Origin: an uncultured Candidatus Rokubacteria bacterium
GTDB taxonomy: Bacteria; Methylomirabilota; Methylomirabilia; Rokubacteriales; CSP1-6
Assembly: GCA_963762145.1 (NCBI GenBank)
Contig: CAVXJS010000010.1
Span: forward strand, 32,001 to 96,000
Direction: 5' to 3'
Length of the DNA: 64,000 bases
Part shown: positions 33,198 through 42,543 of the stretch, in pieces
Layout: each line of letters opens with the position of its first letter
Position numbering within the stretch: position 1 is the stretch's first letter
Program-made: the position numbers and the translations under genes
The notes under the pieces: generated by a model
Told to the model about the DNA's origin: nothing
The model's input: only the letters and a program-made list of their open reading frames with translations
Database searches by the model: none

Positions 33198-33268
33198 TAG
33201 TCCGCTCCAGATCTCGCTTTGACCGTGGCTCCTCCGTCCCGGGCCAACCACGAGTGAGGAGGGCGGTC

Positions 33269-33613
33269 ATGCGCACATCGCTCGTCGTCATCGCCGCGGT
33301 AGGCCTCTTCTGTGGATTCACCGCCACCCCCGAGCACGAGCGCAAGACGCGCGAGAACGCAAAGGGCTCGATCACCCAGGCGACGCAGGAGTGCTGGACC
33401 AAGCTCAAGGGCAAGGCGCAGGTGGAATGGTACGGTCACCTGCGGAAGATCGACGAGCCCGGCCGGGCGGACGCGATCATGATGTCGACGATGCGGGCGG
33501 TCGAGCGGTGTGTCGCCGAGGCCGTCGGCGGCCAGGAGTACGACCCGGCCACGTGGAAGACGGTCGACACCTTCGTGCAGCAGCGCTTCGGGATCCGCCC
33601 ACGCTCCGGATAG
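33269..33613 (+). CDS. small exported hypothetical protein
   Basis: GAGGAGG RBS, signal-like N-terminus, two Cys in the mature part. Confidence 0.65.
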   Translation: MRTSLVVIAAVGLFCGFTATPEHERKTRENAKGSITQATQECWTKLKGKAQVEWYGHLRKIDEPGRADAIMMSTMRAVERCVAEAVGGQEYDPATWKTVDTFVQQRFGIRPRSG

Positions 33614-33637
33614 CCGCGTCAGGCCAGGTCCGGACCG

Positions 33638-34219
33638 TTACCGCCGCCGTTCCAGGTTGAGGTCCACGCGCCGTAGCTGCTGGATCTGGGCCTTGAGGCC
33701 GGAGGTCTCCTCCTCGCGAAGCTGCAGCTGCGCCTTGAGCCGCCCCGCTTCCTCCTCGCGCCACCGGACCTGCTGCCTGAGCCGGATGGTCTCCTCCTCG
33801 CGTACCTGGACCACCTGCTTGAGTCGCGCGGCTTCCTCCTCGCGGGCGAGCAGGTCGCTGAGCGTGGCCCGCCAGGCGCGCGCCTCGGCCTCCCAGCTGC
33901 TCTTCGGGAAGTCGTTCAGCAGCCGGGAGAAGGTCGCGTGTGCGACGCGATAGTTCCGGAGTCCGCTGGTCGGATCGACCTGGAGGCGCCCGAGATGATA
34001 GAGCGCCGGGGCCGCGGCGGGATCGCCGGGATATTCTCGCGCCACCCGCTCGTACAGCGCGCGGGCGGCGTGGTCCCATCCCTTGGCGACCAGCGCATCG
34101 GCGCGGGTCACCATCTGCTCGGCCTCCGACGGCTCGCGCTCCGCCGAGGGTAGCCAGCCCGTGGTGCAACCGGAAGCCAGCAGCAGCACCGCCAGGGCCG
34201 AGAGCCCGTATCCTCTCAT
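33638..34219 (-). CDS. lipoprotein with TPR/BamD-like region and C-terminal coiled coil (QseG-like architecture)
   Basis: Lipobox LASGC, ALYHLG, FSRLLNDFPKS, heptad repeats; GGAGG RBS. Confidence 0.75.
   Translation of the reverse strand: MRGYGLSALAVLLLASGCTTGWLPSAEREPSEAEQMVTRADALVAKGWDHAARALYERVAREYPGDPAAAPALYHLGRLQVDPTSGLRNYRVAHATFSRLLNDFPKSSWEAEARAWRATLSDLLAREEEAARLKQVVQVREEETIRLRQQVRWREEEAGRLKAQLQLREEETSGLKAQIQQLRRVDLNLERRR
33677..33844 (-). repeat. 4 x 42-bp in-frame tandem repeat (14-aa REEE...L[KR] unit)
   Basis: TCCTCCTCGCG ends at 33718, 33760, 33802 and 33844. Confidence 0.8.
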
Positions 34220-34262
34220 CCGTCCACCTCCGCTCCGCGTCTAGCTGACCAGCTCCTCCAGT

Positions 34263-34565
34263 CTACCCCCCGGGAGTTTTTACCCTGCAAACAGCTCCGG
34301 GGTGGCCGGCTTCGAGGTGCCGCAGGGGTGGCCGGGGAACCGGGATCGAGGCGCCGCGGTCCCACATGTGCCGCAGGAGCCGGCGCCGCTCGAGGTCGAG
34401 CTGGTCGAGCGCCTCCAGCGCCGAGGGCGCCTCCGCCACGCAGCCGGGCAGCTCCGGGTGCTCGGCCCGACGGAGCCACTGGCCCTCGCGCTCGACCGAC
34501 TCGAGCACGAGCAGGTACGGCACCGCCTCGTAGTAGGCGAGGGGCCGCCGGTCACCCCCCTCCAT
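34263..34565 (-). CDS. orphan HicB-like protein
   Basis: ATG overlaps the Rieske stop (TGATG); YYEAVPY...AEHPELPGCVAEAPSALEAL...IPVP. Confidence 0.65.
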   Translation of the reverse strand: MEGGDRRPLAYYEAVPYLLVLESVEREGQWLRRAEHPELPGCVAEAPSALEALDQLDLERRRLLRHMWDRGASIPVPRPPLRHLEAGHPGAVCRVKTPGG

Positions 34566-35866
34566 CAGACGAACGGCACCCACGCGATCGGCACGCCGGC
34601 GTCGGACTGGCGCGCCTTCTCCGTCGCGCTGATCCAGCTCGCGCCGTCCGGCAGGACCGCCGAGGCCGGCCGCACGCGGTAGAGGCTCGGGTCGTCCACG
34701 TTGGCGGGCAGCGTGCCCTGGTCCCGCAGCGCCTTTGCGGACTCGAGCAGCCGGCGCCGCACGAAGATCACCATGGCGTCGGTGGTGCCCAGGTGCTCCT
34801 GCGTCCGGTCGTAGATCGGGCCCATCGTCTCCGTCATCGCCCGGTCTTGCAGATTGCCGAGGAACGGGATGCCGAGGGTCAGCTCCTTCTGCAGCTCGTA
34901 GTCGACGCGGTAGTCGTTGTGGATGTTGGCCGCGGTGTAGAAGCGGCGGTGCGGATCGCCGCCCGACTCGACGTAGCCCCCCCACGAGGCGAAGGGATCG
35001 CGCACCTGCCGCGCCTCCTCCTCGGTCACCGGCCGATCGAGCCGCCCGCGCATCACGAACTGGAGATTGTGGTGGTCGTCGAGCGGTACCCAGGCCCGCG
35101 CCGAGACGATGTGCGGATCGCTCGCGGCGATCATCGAGTAGAACGGCAGGATGAACTGGGTGATGCGGTGCCAGTACAGCCCCTCGACGTCGGAGCGCCG
35201 CCGCGCCGAGTAGCAGGCCCCGTAGTCGGTGGGCAGCACCTCGAGCCGCGGGCGCTTGTCCCGGTGGAACGTGCCGCGCTGCTTGGTGTCGGGCGAGCGC
35301 TTGGCGTGCACGAAGTCGATGTGGGAGGAATCGATGTCGCCCTCGAGCGCCTGCACCCAGTTACACTCCTCCAGCATCATGAGCGGCGGGTACACCTGCG
35401 CGGCGGGCAGGGTGTTGATCTCGAAGGTCGGGAAGGGCGGCGCGGTCTGCCGCGGCCCCAGGTAGGTCCAGATCACGCCGTTGACGTCCCGGCACGGATA
35501 GGCCCGCGCCCGGATCTTGTCCTTGAAGGTGGACTCCTCCGGCTCGTTCGGCATGTCCACGCAGCGCCCGGTGACGTCGTACTTCCAGCCGTGGTACGAG
35601 CAGCGGAGCCCGCATTCTTCATTGCGCCCGAAGAACAGCGACGCGCCGCGATGCGGGCAGTTGGCGGCCAGCAGCCCGACCTCGCCCCGGCTGTCGCGGA
35701 ACGCGACCAGGTTCTCGCCGAGCAGGCGCACCTTCTTCGGCGGGCAGTCCGGCGCCGGCAGCTCGCTCGAGGGCAGGCACGGCATCCAGTAGTGCCGCAG
35801 GAGATCGCCCATGGGCGTTCCGCGTGAGACCCGGCACAGCAGCTCGTTGTCCTCGCTGGAGAGCAT
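34565..35866 (-). CDS. Rieske non-heme iron oxygenase (phthalate dioxygenase/LigX/VanA type)
   Basis: GTPMGDLLRHYW, CPHRG...CSYHGW, NWVQALEGDIDSSHIDFVH, QDRAMTETMG. Confidence 0.9.
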   Translation of the reverse strand: MLSSEDNELLCRVSRGTPMGDLLRHYWMPCLPSSELPAPDCPPKKVRLLGENLVAFRDSRGEVGLLAANCPHRGASLFFGRNEECGLRCSYHGWKYDVTGRCVDMPNEPEESTFKDKIRARAYPCRDVNGVIWTYLGPRQTAPPFPTFEINTLPAAQVYPPLMMLEECNWVQALEGDIDSSHIDFVHAKRSPDTKQRGTFHRDKRPRLEVLPTDYGACYSARRRSDVEGLYWHRITQFILPFYSMIAASDPHIVSARAWVPLDDHHNLQFVMRGRLDRPVTEEEARQVRDPFASWGGYVESGGDPHRRFYTAANIHNDYRVDYELQKELTLGIPFLGNLQDRAMTETMGPIYDRTQEHLGTTDAMVIFVRRRLLESAKALRDQGTLPANVDDPSLYRVRPASAVLPDGASWISATEKARQSDAGVPIAWVPFV

Positions 35867-35888
35867 GGGCCGCCTCCTCTTGCCTCTC

Positions 35889-36852
35889 TTATTGCCAGAC
35901 CGCGAAGGCCATGCCGACGCCGGAGCCGGCCTCGGACCGGTAGCTCGGGACGTAGTCCACGAGGCGCATCGCCAGGTGCTCGGCCGCGCCGGCCGTGGCG
36001 ATCCAGTTGCGGATCTCGGAGTTGCCGGATTCGAGCTGCTGCCGCCGGCAGGCCGCCGAGCGCCTCGCCGTCCTTCTTGGCGAGCAGGTCGAGCACGTGG
36101 CGGTCCAGCTCCTCGTCCACGAAGAAGTGGCTGAGCCCGCCCGAGGCCAGGACGGCCACGCGCTTGCGGACCGGCCAGGCCTCGATGGCCTGCCGGATGG
36201 CCCGGCCGAGCTGGTAGCAGCGCTTCGGTGTCGGCTGGTTCGGCGGGTAGTACGTGTTGAGCAGCACCGGCACGATGGGCACCACCCGGTCGCCCATGAG
36301 CCGCTGGTGCACGAAGCTCCAGGCGTGACCGAAGGGACCGTGGCGCGGCTGCACGCGGATGTGGGCCACGTCGAAGTCGAAGTCTCGCGTGAGCGCCTCG
36401 ACCAGGTGCCGGCCGAGGGCCGCATCCACCGGGAAGGCCCGGTTCCGGCCGTCCCCGTACAGGCCCCAGTAAGAGAGCCGGCGAAGGGCCGGCACGCTCT
36501 CGACCGGCGGCGGGAGGTTCTCGACGGCCTCGCCCCAGTAGATGCAGAGCGCGGGCTGGTTGTCCGGGCTGAACCACTCGTTCTGGTCGTCGCCGATCAC
36601 GACGACCACGTCCGGGGCCTCCTCGGCCATGACCCCGGCCAGGTGCCGGATGGCCGCCTGGGTCGCGTCGTGGCGGGCCCGGGTCACCTCGGGCTCGAGC
36701 TCGCGGCCGATCCAGGTGGCGCTCTTGCGCGCCCGGGCCGCGAACTCGGGCAGGCGCGCCCGGTCCAGATCGCCGAGCCCCGCGAACGCCTCGTAGGGTG
36801 TGCTCAGCATCGGGCTGTGCGAGGTGCCGATGCCGAGGGTGACCTGTGCCAT
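35889..36852 (-). CDS. LigB-family extradiol dioxygenase (LigZ/DesZ-like), frameshift near 36045
   Basis: GIGTSHSPML, VIGDDQNE, GHAW, NTYYPPNQP, ASGGLSHF, then SGNSEIRNWI in the shifted frame. Confidence 0.85.
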
Positions 36853-36966
36853 GCCGCTCCCCCATCGCCCGCCGCCTCGCGGGCTGCTCGATGCGCCCGA
36901 GAATCTGCCCCGGGGGACGCCAAGTCAAGGGGGCCGGGAGCTTCCGAGGGGGTCCCTGCAATGCGC

Positions 36967-36995
36967 TTGACGGCCTCCGGGGCGGCCGATAGTAT
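36967..36995 (+). promoter_or_regulatory. sigma70 promoter of the pqq operon
   Basis: TTGACG-N17-TAGTAT, followed by a GGAGGTG RBS before pqqA. Confidence 0.6.
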
Positions 36996-37043
36996 CGTGG
37001 CCGTGGGGCGATCTGGGCCGACCATTCACGGGAGGTGAGCCGC

Positions 37044-37142
37044 ATGAGCTGGGAGACGCCGGAATTCATCGAAGTGAAGATGGACGCTGAGATCAACTCG
37101 TACCAGGACGACTTCGAGCGCGAGCCGGACGACCGCTTCTAG
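37044..37142 (+). CDS. pqqA: PQQ precursor peptide
   Basis: MSWETPEFIEVKMDAEINSYQDDFEREPDDRF: WxxP leader, ExxxY core (EINSY), strong RBS, directly upstream of pqqB. Confidence 0.9.
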   Translation: MSWETPEFIEVKMDAEINSYQDDFEREPDDRF

Positions 37143-37165
37143 AGCGGAACCAGCCGTTCGGCCAG

Positions 37166-37216
37166 CACCGCCAGCCCCCCGCTCGGCCATCATCGGCGAG
37201 CCGGGGGGCTGTGGTG
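37166..37216 (+). terminator. GC hairpin between pqqA and pqqB
   Basis: CAGCCCCCCGCTCG...CGAGCCGGGGGGCTG followed by TGGTGTCTTT. Confidence 0.55.
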
Positions 37217-37232
37217 TCTTTGGGGGTTCATC

Positions 37233-38170
37233 GTGCGCATCCGAGTGCTCGGCGCGGCGGCCGGGGGCGGCTTTCCCCAGTGGAACTGCGGCTGCCCGAA
37301 CTGTCGTGGCGTCCGCGCGGGCGACATCCGCGCGACGGCGCGCACCCAGGAATCCGTCGCGATCAGCGCCGACGGTGAGCGCTGGTTCCTGCTGAACGCC
37401 TCCCCGGAGATTCGCCAGCAGCTCGAGAGCTTCAGCGCGCTGCACCCGAAGGCGCCCCGCCACTGGCCGGTGGACGCCATCGTCCTCACGAACGGCGATC
37501 TCGACCACACGCTCGGCCTCCTGTCGCTCCGCGAGTCGCATCCCCTGGGGGTCTACGCCACCGAGCGCGTCCGCCGCGGCTTCACCGAGGGCAATGCTCT
37601 CTACCGCACGCTCGAGCGGTTCCCCGGCCAGGTGACGTGGCGCACGCTCCAGCCCGGTCGGGAGGTGGCCCTGGCCGCCGTCGACGGCCAGGAGAGTGGC
37701 CTCCTCATCGAGGCCGTTGCGGTACCGGGCAAGCTCCCGATTCACCTGGAGCGCGGGCTCGATGCGGCCGGCGCCGGCGACGCGCGCGACAACATCGGGC
37801 TCAAGATCCGCGAAGCCGCCACCGGGCGACGGCTCGCCTACTTCCCCGCGGCCGGTGGCCTGACCGCGCGAGCTCCGGAAGGCGCTCGCCGACGCCGACT
37901 GCGTGTTCTTCGACGGCACGTTCTGGTCGAGCGACGAGCTGCCCGCGCTCGGGCTCGGCACGAAGCGCGCCGAGGACATGGCGCACCTGCCGGTGGGCGG
38001 GCGAGGCCGGCAGCCTGGCCGCGCTCTCGCGGGCTGTCCGCGCCGCGCCGGATCTACATCCACATCAACAACACCAACCCCCTGCTGCGCGACGACTCGA
38101 TGGAGCGCAAGGAGGCGGAAGCAGCGGGGCTGGGAGATCGCCTGGGACGGGATGGAGGTCAGCGCTGTGA
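37233..38170 (+). CDS. pqqB: PQQ biosynthesis protein B, frameshifted
   Basis: GAAAGGGFPQWNCGCPNC, RTQES, LNASPE, FFDGTFW, HINNTNP, WDGME. Confidence 0.92.
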
Positions 38171-38908
38171 CCGCGGGCACCGTGAAGCCGCCGCTCGACC
38201 CGCGAGGAGTTCGTCGCGTGGGTCCGCGCGCGAAGGCGAGCAGCGCTACCACGATCACCACCCCTACCACGCGCTGATGCACGAGGGAAAGCTCACGCCC
38301 GTGCAGCTGCAGCAGTGGGTGCTGAACCGCTACTACTACCAGACGCGCATCCCCATCAAGGACGCCATCATCCTGTCGAAGTCGGAGGATCCCGCCTTCC
38401 GCCGCATGTGGATCCGCCGCATCCGCGATCACGACGGCGACGAGGGCGGCGAGGCGGGGCTCGAGCTGTGGCTGCGGCTGGCCGACGGGGTCGGTCTCGA
38501 CCGCGAGGAGGTGGCGAGCTGCCGCTCCGTGCTGCCCGGCGTCCGCTTCGCCTGCGACGCCTACGTCGAGCTGGTGCGCGAGCGGAGCCTGGTCGAGGCG
38601 GTGGCCTCGTCCCTCACCGAGTTCTTCGCGCCCGACCTCATGTCCAAGCGCGTGCTCGCGTGGGAGAAGCACTACCCGTGGGTCAGCGCCGACATGCTCG
38701 CGTACTTCCGCTCGCGCGTGCCGCGCGCCCGGCGCGACTCGGAGGAGGCCATCGACTACGTCGTGCGTCACGCGACGACCCGCGCGATGCAGGAGCGCTG
38801 CGTCGCCGCGCTCATCCGCAAGACCGAGATCCTCTGGCACCTGCTGGACTGCCGTTCGCCGCGTACATCGAGCCGGGCTGGGGGCCCGCAGGAGCGCGCG
38901 CCACCTGA
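38167..38908 (+). CDS. pqqC: pyrroloquinoline-quinone synthase, frameshifted
   Basis: RYHDHHPYH, WVLNRYYYQTRIPIKDA, RIRDHDG, VRFACDAY, SSLTEFFAP. Confidence 0.92.
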
Positions 38909-39182
38909 TGGACGCCCTGAGCCGGCCGCGCCTGGCCGCCAAGGCGCGTCTCCGCTTCGACCGCAAGCGTCGCGCTACATGCTGCTCTACCCCGAGCGCG
39001 GCCTCGTGCTGAACGCGACCGCCGCCGACGTGCTCCAGCGCTGCGACGGCGAGCGCACCGTCGGCGCCATCGTGGAGGAGCTGGCCCAGAAGTACGGGCA
39101 CGAGCCGCCCGCGGTCGAGCGCGAGGTGATGGACTTCCTCCGGACGCTGGCCGACCGCGGCCTGGTGCAGGCGGCCGTGTGA
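38908..39182 (+). CDS. pqqD: PqqA-binding chaperone, frameshifted
   Basis: RPRLAAKARLRFD...LLYPERGLVLNATAADVLQRCDG. Confidence 0.9.
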
Positions 39183-40272
39183 GCGAGCCGGTCCGTCCCT
39201 ACACCCTGGTGGCCGAGCTGACGTACCGCTGCCCGCTGCGCTGCGTGTACTGCTCGAATCCGCTCGACTACGGCCGCCACGACCGCGAGCTCGACACCGC
39301 GACGTGGTGCCGCGTCTTGCGCGAGGCCGAGGACCTCGGCGTGGTGCAGCTCAACCTGACGGGCGGGGAGCCGCTCGTGCGCGACGACCTCGAAGCGATC
39401 ATCGCGGAAGCGCGCCGGCTGGATCTCTACACGAACCTGATCACGAGCGGCATCCCGCTCAAGCGGGAACGCCTCGCCCGCTTCCGCAAGCCGGGCTCGA
39501 CAACGTGCAGATCTCCATCCAGGACACCGGGGCGGCGGCCTCGGACCGGATCGCGGGCCTGCGCTCGTTCGACCGGAAGCTCGCGGTCGCGGGCTGGGTC
39601 AAGGAGCTCGGGTTCCCCCTCACGCTCAACATCGTGCTCCACCGGGACAACCTCGATCGCGTGGACGAGGTGATCGCCCTGGCCGAGCGGCTCGGGGCCG
39701 ACCGCCTGGAGCTGGCCAACACGCAGTACCTGGGCTGGGCGCTCACGAATCGCGCCGCGCTCCTGCCCACCCGGGAGCAGCTCGCGGGCGCGCGGGAGGT
39801 GGCTGCCCACGCCCGGCGGCGGCTGCGCGGGCGCATGGAGGTCCTGTTCGTCACCCCCGACTACTACGCGGAGTTCCCGAAGGCCTGCATGGACGGCTGG
39901 GGCCGGCGCTTCATCGTGATCACGCCCGACGGCCTCGCCCTGCCGTGTCACGCGGCGCACACGCTCCCCGGGCTCCAGTTCGACTCGGTGACCGAGCGTC
40001 CGCTGGAGGAGATCTGGCGCGAATCCGCGGGCTTCAACGCGTTCCGGGGCGAGGACTGGATGCCCGAGCCGTGCCGCAGCTGCGACCGGCGCACGGTCGA
40101 CTTCGGCGGCTGCCGCTGCCAGGCGTTTCACCTGACCGGGAGCGCGGCGGCCACCGATCCGGTGTGCCGGCTCTCGCCCGATCACGGCCTGATCGAGACG
40201 GCGCGTGAGGCCGCCGCGGAGGCGCGCCCGGTGCCGCTGGTCTACCGCGCCCCGCGCGCCGGCGTGACATGA
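39179..40272 (+). CDS. pqqE: radical SAM/SPASM enzyme, frameshift near 39488
   Basis: AELTYRCPLRCVYCSNP, PKACMDGWG, PCH, DFGGCRCQA. Confidence 0.92.
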
Positions 40273-40790
40273 AGCGGCGCCGGCGCATGGACGCGAGCCT
40301 CGGCATCCTGCTGGCCCTGACCCTGATCGCCGTCGTCGTGGCGCTCGTGCGGGATCCGCAGCTCGTGCTCCGCGGCTTCCAGTCCACGGGCCGGCTGCTC
40401 GGTGGCGTGTGGATCGAGCTGCTCCTGGGCTTCGTGCTGGCCGGGCTGCTCGACGTCCTGATCCCGGCCCCGGTGCTCTCGCGCTGGCTGGGCGGCGAGC
40501 GGCTGGGGCAGGGCATCCTCGTGGGCTGGGCCGCCGGCCTGGTGATGCCGGGCGGGCCCTATCTGGTCTTCCCGGTCGTGGCCAACCTGTTCCGGAACGG
40601 CGCCGCGCCCGGTCCGCTCATCGCCCTGCTCACCGCCAAGACGCTGGTCAGCCCCGTCCGGATGCTGACCTACGAGGCGCCGCTGCTCGGCTGGCCCCTG
40701 ACCCTGGCCCGCTTCATCCCTGGCGTGCTGCTGCCGCCGGTGCTGGGCTGGCTCGGCCAGTGGCTCTACACGCTCTTCGCCCGACGCTGA
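40269..40790 (+). CDS. DUF318/ArsP_1-like short permease
   Basis: Hydrophobic; SRWLGGE, PGGPYLVFPV, GAAPGPLIA; ATGA overlap with pqqE. Confidence 0.7.
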   Translation: MKRRRRMDASLGILLALTLIAVVVALVRDPQLVLRGFQSTGRLLGGVWIELLLGFVLAGLLDVLIPAPVLSRWLGGERLGQGILVGWAAGLVMPGGPYLVFPVVANLFRNGAAPGPLIALLTAKTLVSPVRMLTYEAPLLGWPLTLARFIPGVLLPPVLGWLGQWLYTLFARR

Positions 40791-40805
40791 GGCCGACCAG
40801 CCGCC

Positions 40806-42440
40806 CTAGGGAGCCTGCCCGGCCGGCTCGAGTGAGTCCCGGAGTGACGATGCCGGGCGGTCAGCCGCGAAGTCCGGTCTCGCGGGCCGCTTCTCCTCGA
40901 AGCCCGGGGTGATGGGTCGGAAGAAGGCATTCTGGAGCAGGCGTCCAGCGGTTTTCCACCGGCTGACGTGCGGGCGATCGACCGGCCCGGAAAGCCGCAC
41001 CACGGTCGCCACCTCTCCCCTCGAGCGATTCTCGAGCACCCGCGCGGCGGTCTGGACCATGCCGTCGTAGATACGACGGCCGGGTCCCGCGTCCGCGGCG
41101 CCGACCTGCACGTCCCGGACGAGCGGTTTGACGTAGCCGTCGATGGTTCCCCCCCGTATCGTGACGTCCGCGAAGACCGAGAGCTGCCCCGCGGTCACGT
41201 CGACGCCCGAATACGCTCGCACCAGCTGGCCGAGGCGTCCCAGGTCGGCGCCTTCGATCTGCGCCGTGAGATCGAGGTCGGCGCTACCGGTCTGCGGCTG
41301 CAGCGCGGCGGTCAGCCGAGTGGGGCCGCTGCCCATCAGCTGACCGTTCAGGCTGACGGATGCCCGCCCGTCACGTGCCTGGTTGCTGAGGTGCTCGACC
41401 CGGATATCCGCGTCGGTCAGCGCGACGCGATACGGTGGCGACGCGGCGCGATTGAGGAACCCGAACGTGCTCTTCACGACGTCCAGCCGATCGATTCGAA
41501 GCTGCACCGCCGGGGCATTCGCCATCTGCCTGGCTGTCCGCGCCGTCTGCTCGACCCGCGCCTGCTCCGCCTTTGCGGTCTGCGGCGTATGGGTGTAGTT
41601 CAGCGCCACTCGCTCGATGAGCACCCGCCCGAGCATCAGCCGGGCGACGGTTGGTCCATACTCGACCAGACCGCTCAGCGAGAGGCGCCCTTCGCGGATG
41701 GACAGGTTGTAACGATTGGCGAGCGGCTTGAAGTAGTCGAGCTGGACGTCGTCCAGACGCAGGGCGACATCCAGGCCTGGATGCGGCTCGGCCAGGAAGT
41801 CGGCCCGTCCATCGAGCCGCACCTGTCCGGTGTCGAACACCACCGCCTCCACGTGCAGGTCCGACGGATATACCTGCTCCGTCGACCGGATATTCCGGAT
41901 GTTCTCGGCGGTCACATTCAGGCGACTGATCTCGAGCGGCTTGTACGGTCCCGCGTCCGCGTAGGTCACCTTGCCGTCCAGGATCCGAAGCTGATTGATC
42001 TTCAGGTCCAGGGCGAGAGCTTCCAGGGCTTCTTGCCACCCTCGCTCGTCGAGCGGCACGTCGCTCGTGGCTTCGGCCCGGACCTGCCGCAGGTTGATCA
42101 CGGCGGTCGGGCGGTCGAAGATCAGCTCGGCCACGACGCGGCGATGGAGCAGAGCGCGCCAGTCGAGGCGCGTGACGAAGCGTTCCATGTGGAGCACGGG
42201 TGGATCGGGATTCGCATCCTGGATCAAGCTCGCGCCCTCGACCTCGACCGAGGCGTTCCACAGATGGACGCGGAGCACCGGGATGCGGACCGTGTACCCG
42301 GTCAGTCGCCGATTCGCCTCCGTCTCCATGTAGCGCCGGATCGGCTCGTCGAGGGACCGGGCGACGCCATAGACGAGAAGCGCAAGTACGGCACACGTCC
42401 CGAACACCAAGAGCCAGCGCCGTCGCCGCGAAGAACCCAT
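40806..42440 (-). CDS. DUF748 (AsmA-like) protein
   Basis: N-terminal anchor, two beta-rich repeats, GYVKPL, NAFF; paralogue of 44207-45781. Confidence 0.75.
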   Translation of the reverse strand: MGSSRRRRWLLVFGTCAVLALLVYGVARSLDEPIRRYMETEANRRLTGYTVRIPVLRVHLWNASVEVEGASLIQDANPDPPVLHMERFVTRLDWRALLHRRVVAELIFDRPTAVINLRQVRAEATSDVPLDERGWQEALEALALDLKINQLRILDGKVTYADAGPYKPLEISRLNVTAENIRNIRSTEQVYPSDLHVEAVVFDTGQVRLDGRADFLAEPHPGLDVALRLDDVQLDYFKPLANRYNLSIREGRLSLSGLVEYGPTVARLMLGRVLIERVALNYTHTPQTAKAEQARVEQTARTARQMANAPAVQLRIDRLDVVKSTFGFLNRAASPPYRVALTDADIRVEHLSNQARDGRASVSLNGQLMGSGPTRLTAALQPQTGSADLDLTAQIEGADLGRLGQLVRAYSGVDVTAGQLSVFADVTIRGGTIDGYVKPLVRDVQVGAADAGPGRRIYDGMVQTAARVLENRSRGEVATVVRLSGPVDRPHVSRWKTAGRLLQNAFFRPITPGFEEKRPARPDFAADRPASSLRDSLEPAGQAP

Positions 42441-42543
42441 GTGGTCTTTGCATACTGCGTGCAGACCCCCAGATCCCCGCCCTGGAAGGCGATTCCGGGG
42501 AAGTGTGCAGGGGATTTCTTGCCCTGTGGTAGAAAGTACCCGA

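Noticed and set aside
33009-33251. 80-aa minus-strand ORF; SRP/6S/riboswitch identity for the same region
   Set aside because: The ORF has no protein-like features, and conserved SRP, glycine, cobalamin and ydaO motifs were not convincingly found.
37233-39182. Apparent PqqB-PqqC-PqqD fusion (649 aa)
   Set aside because: It contains out-of-frame junk between domains, and each gene has its own start and stop once indels are corrected.
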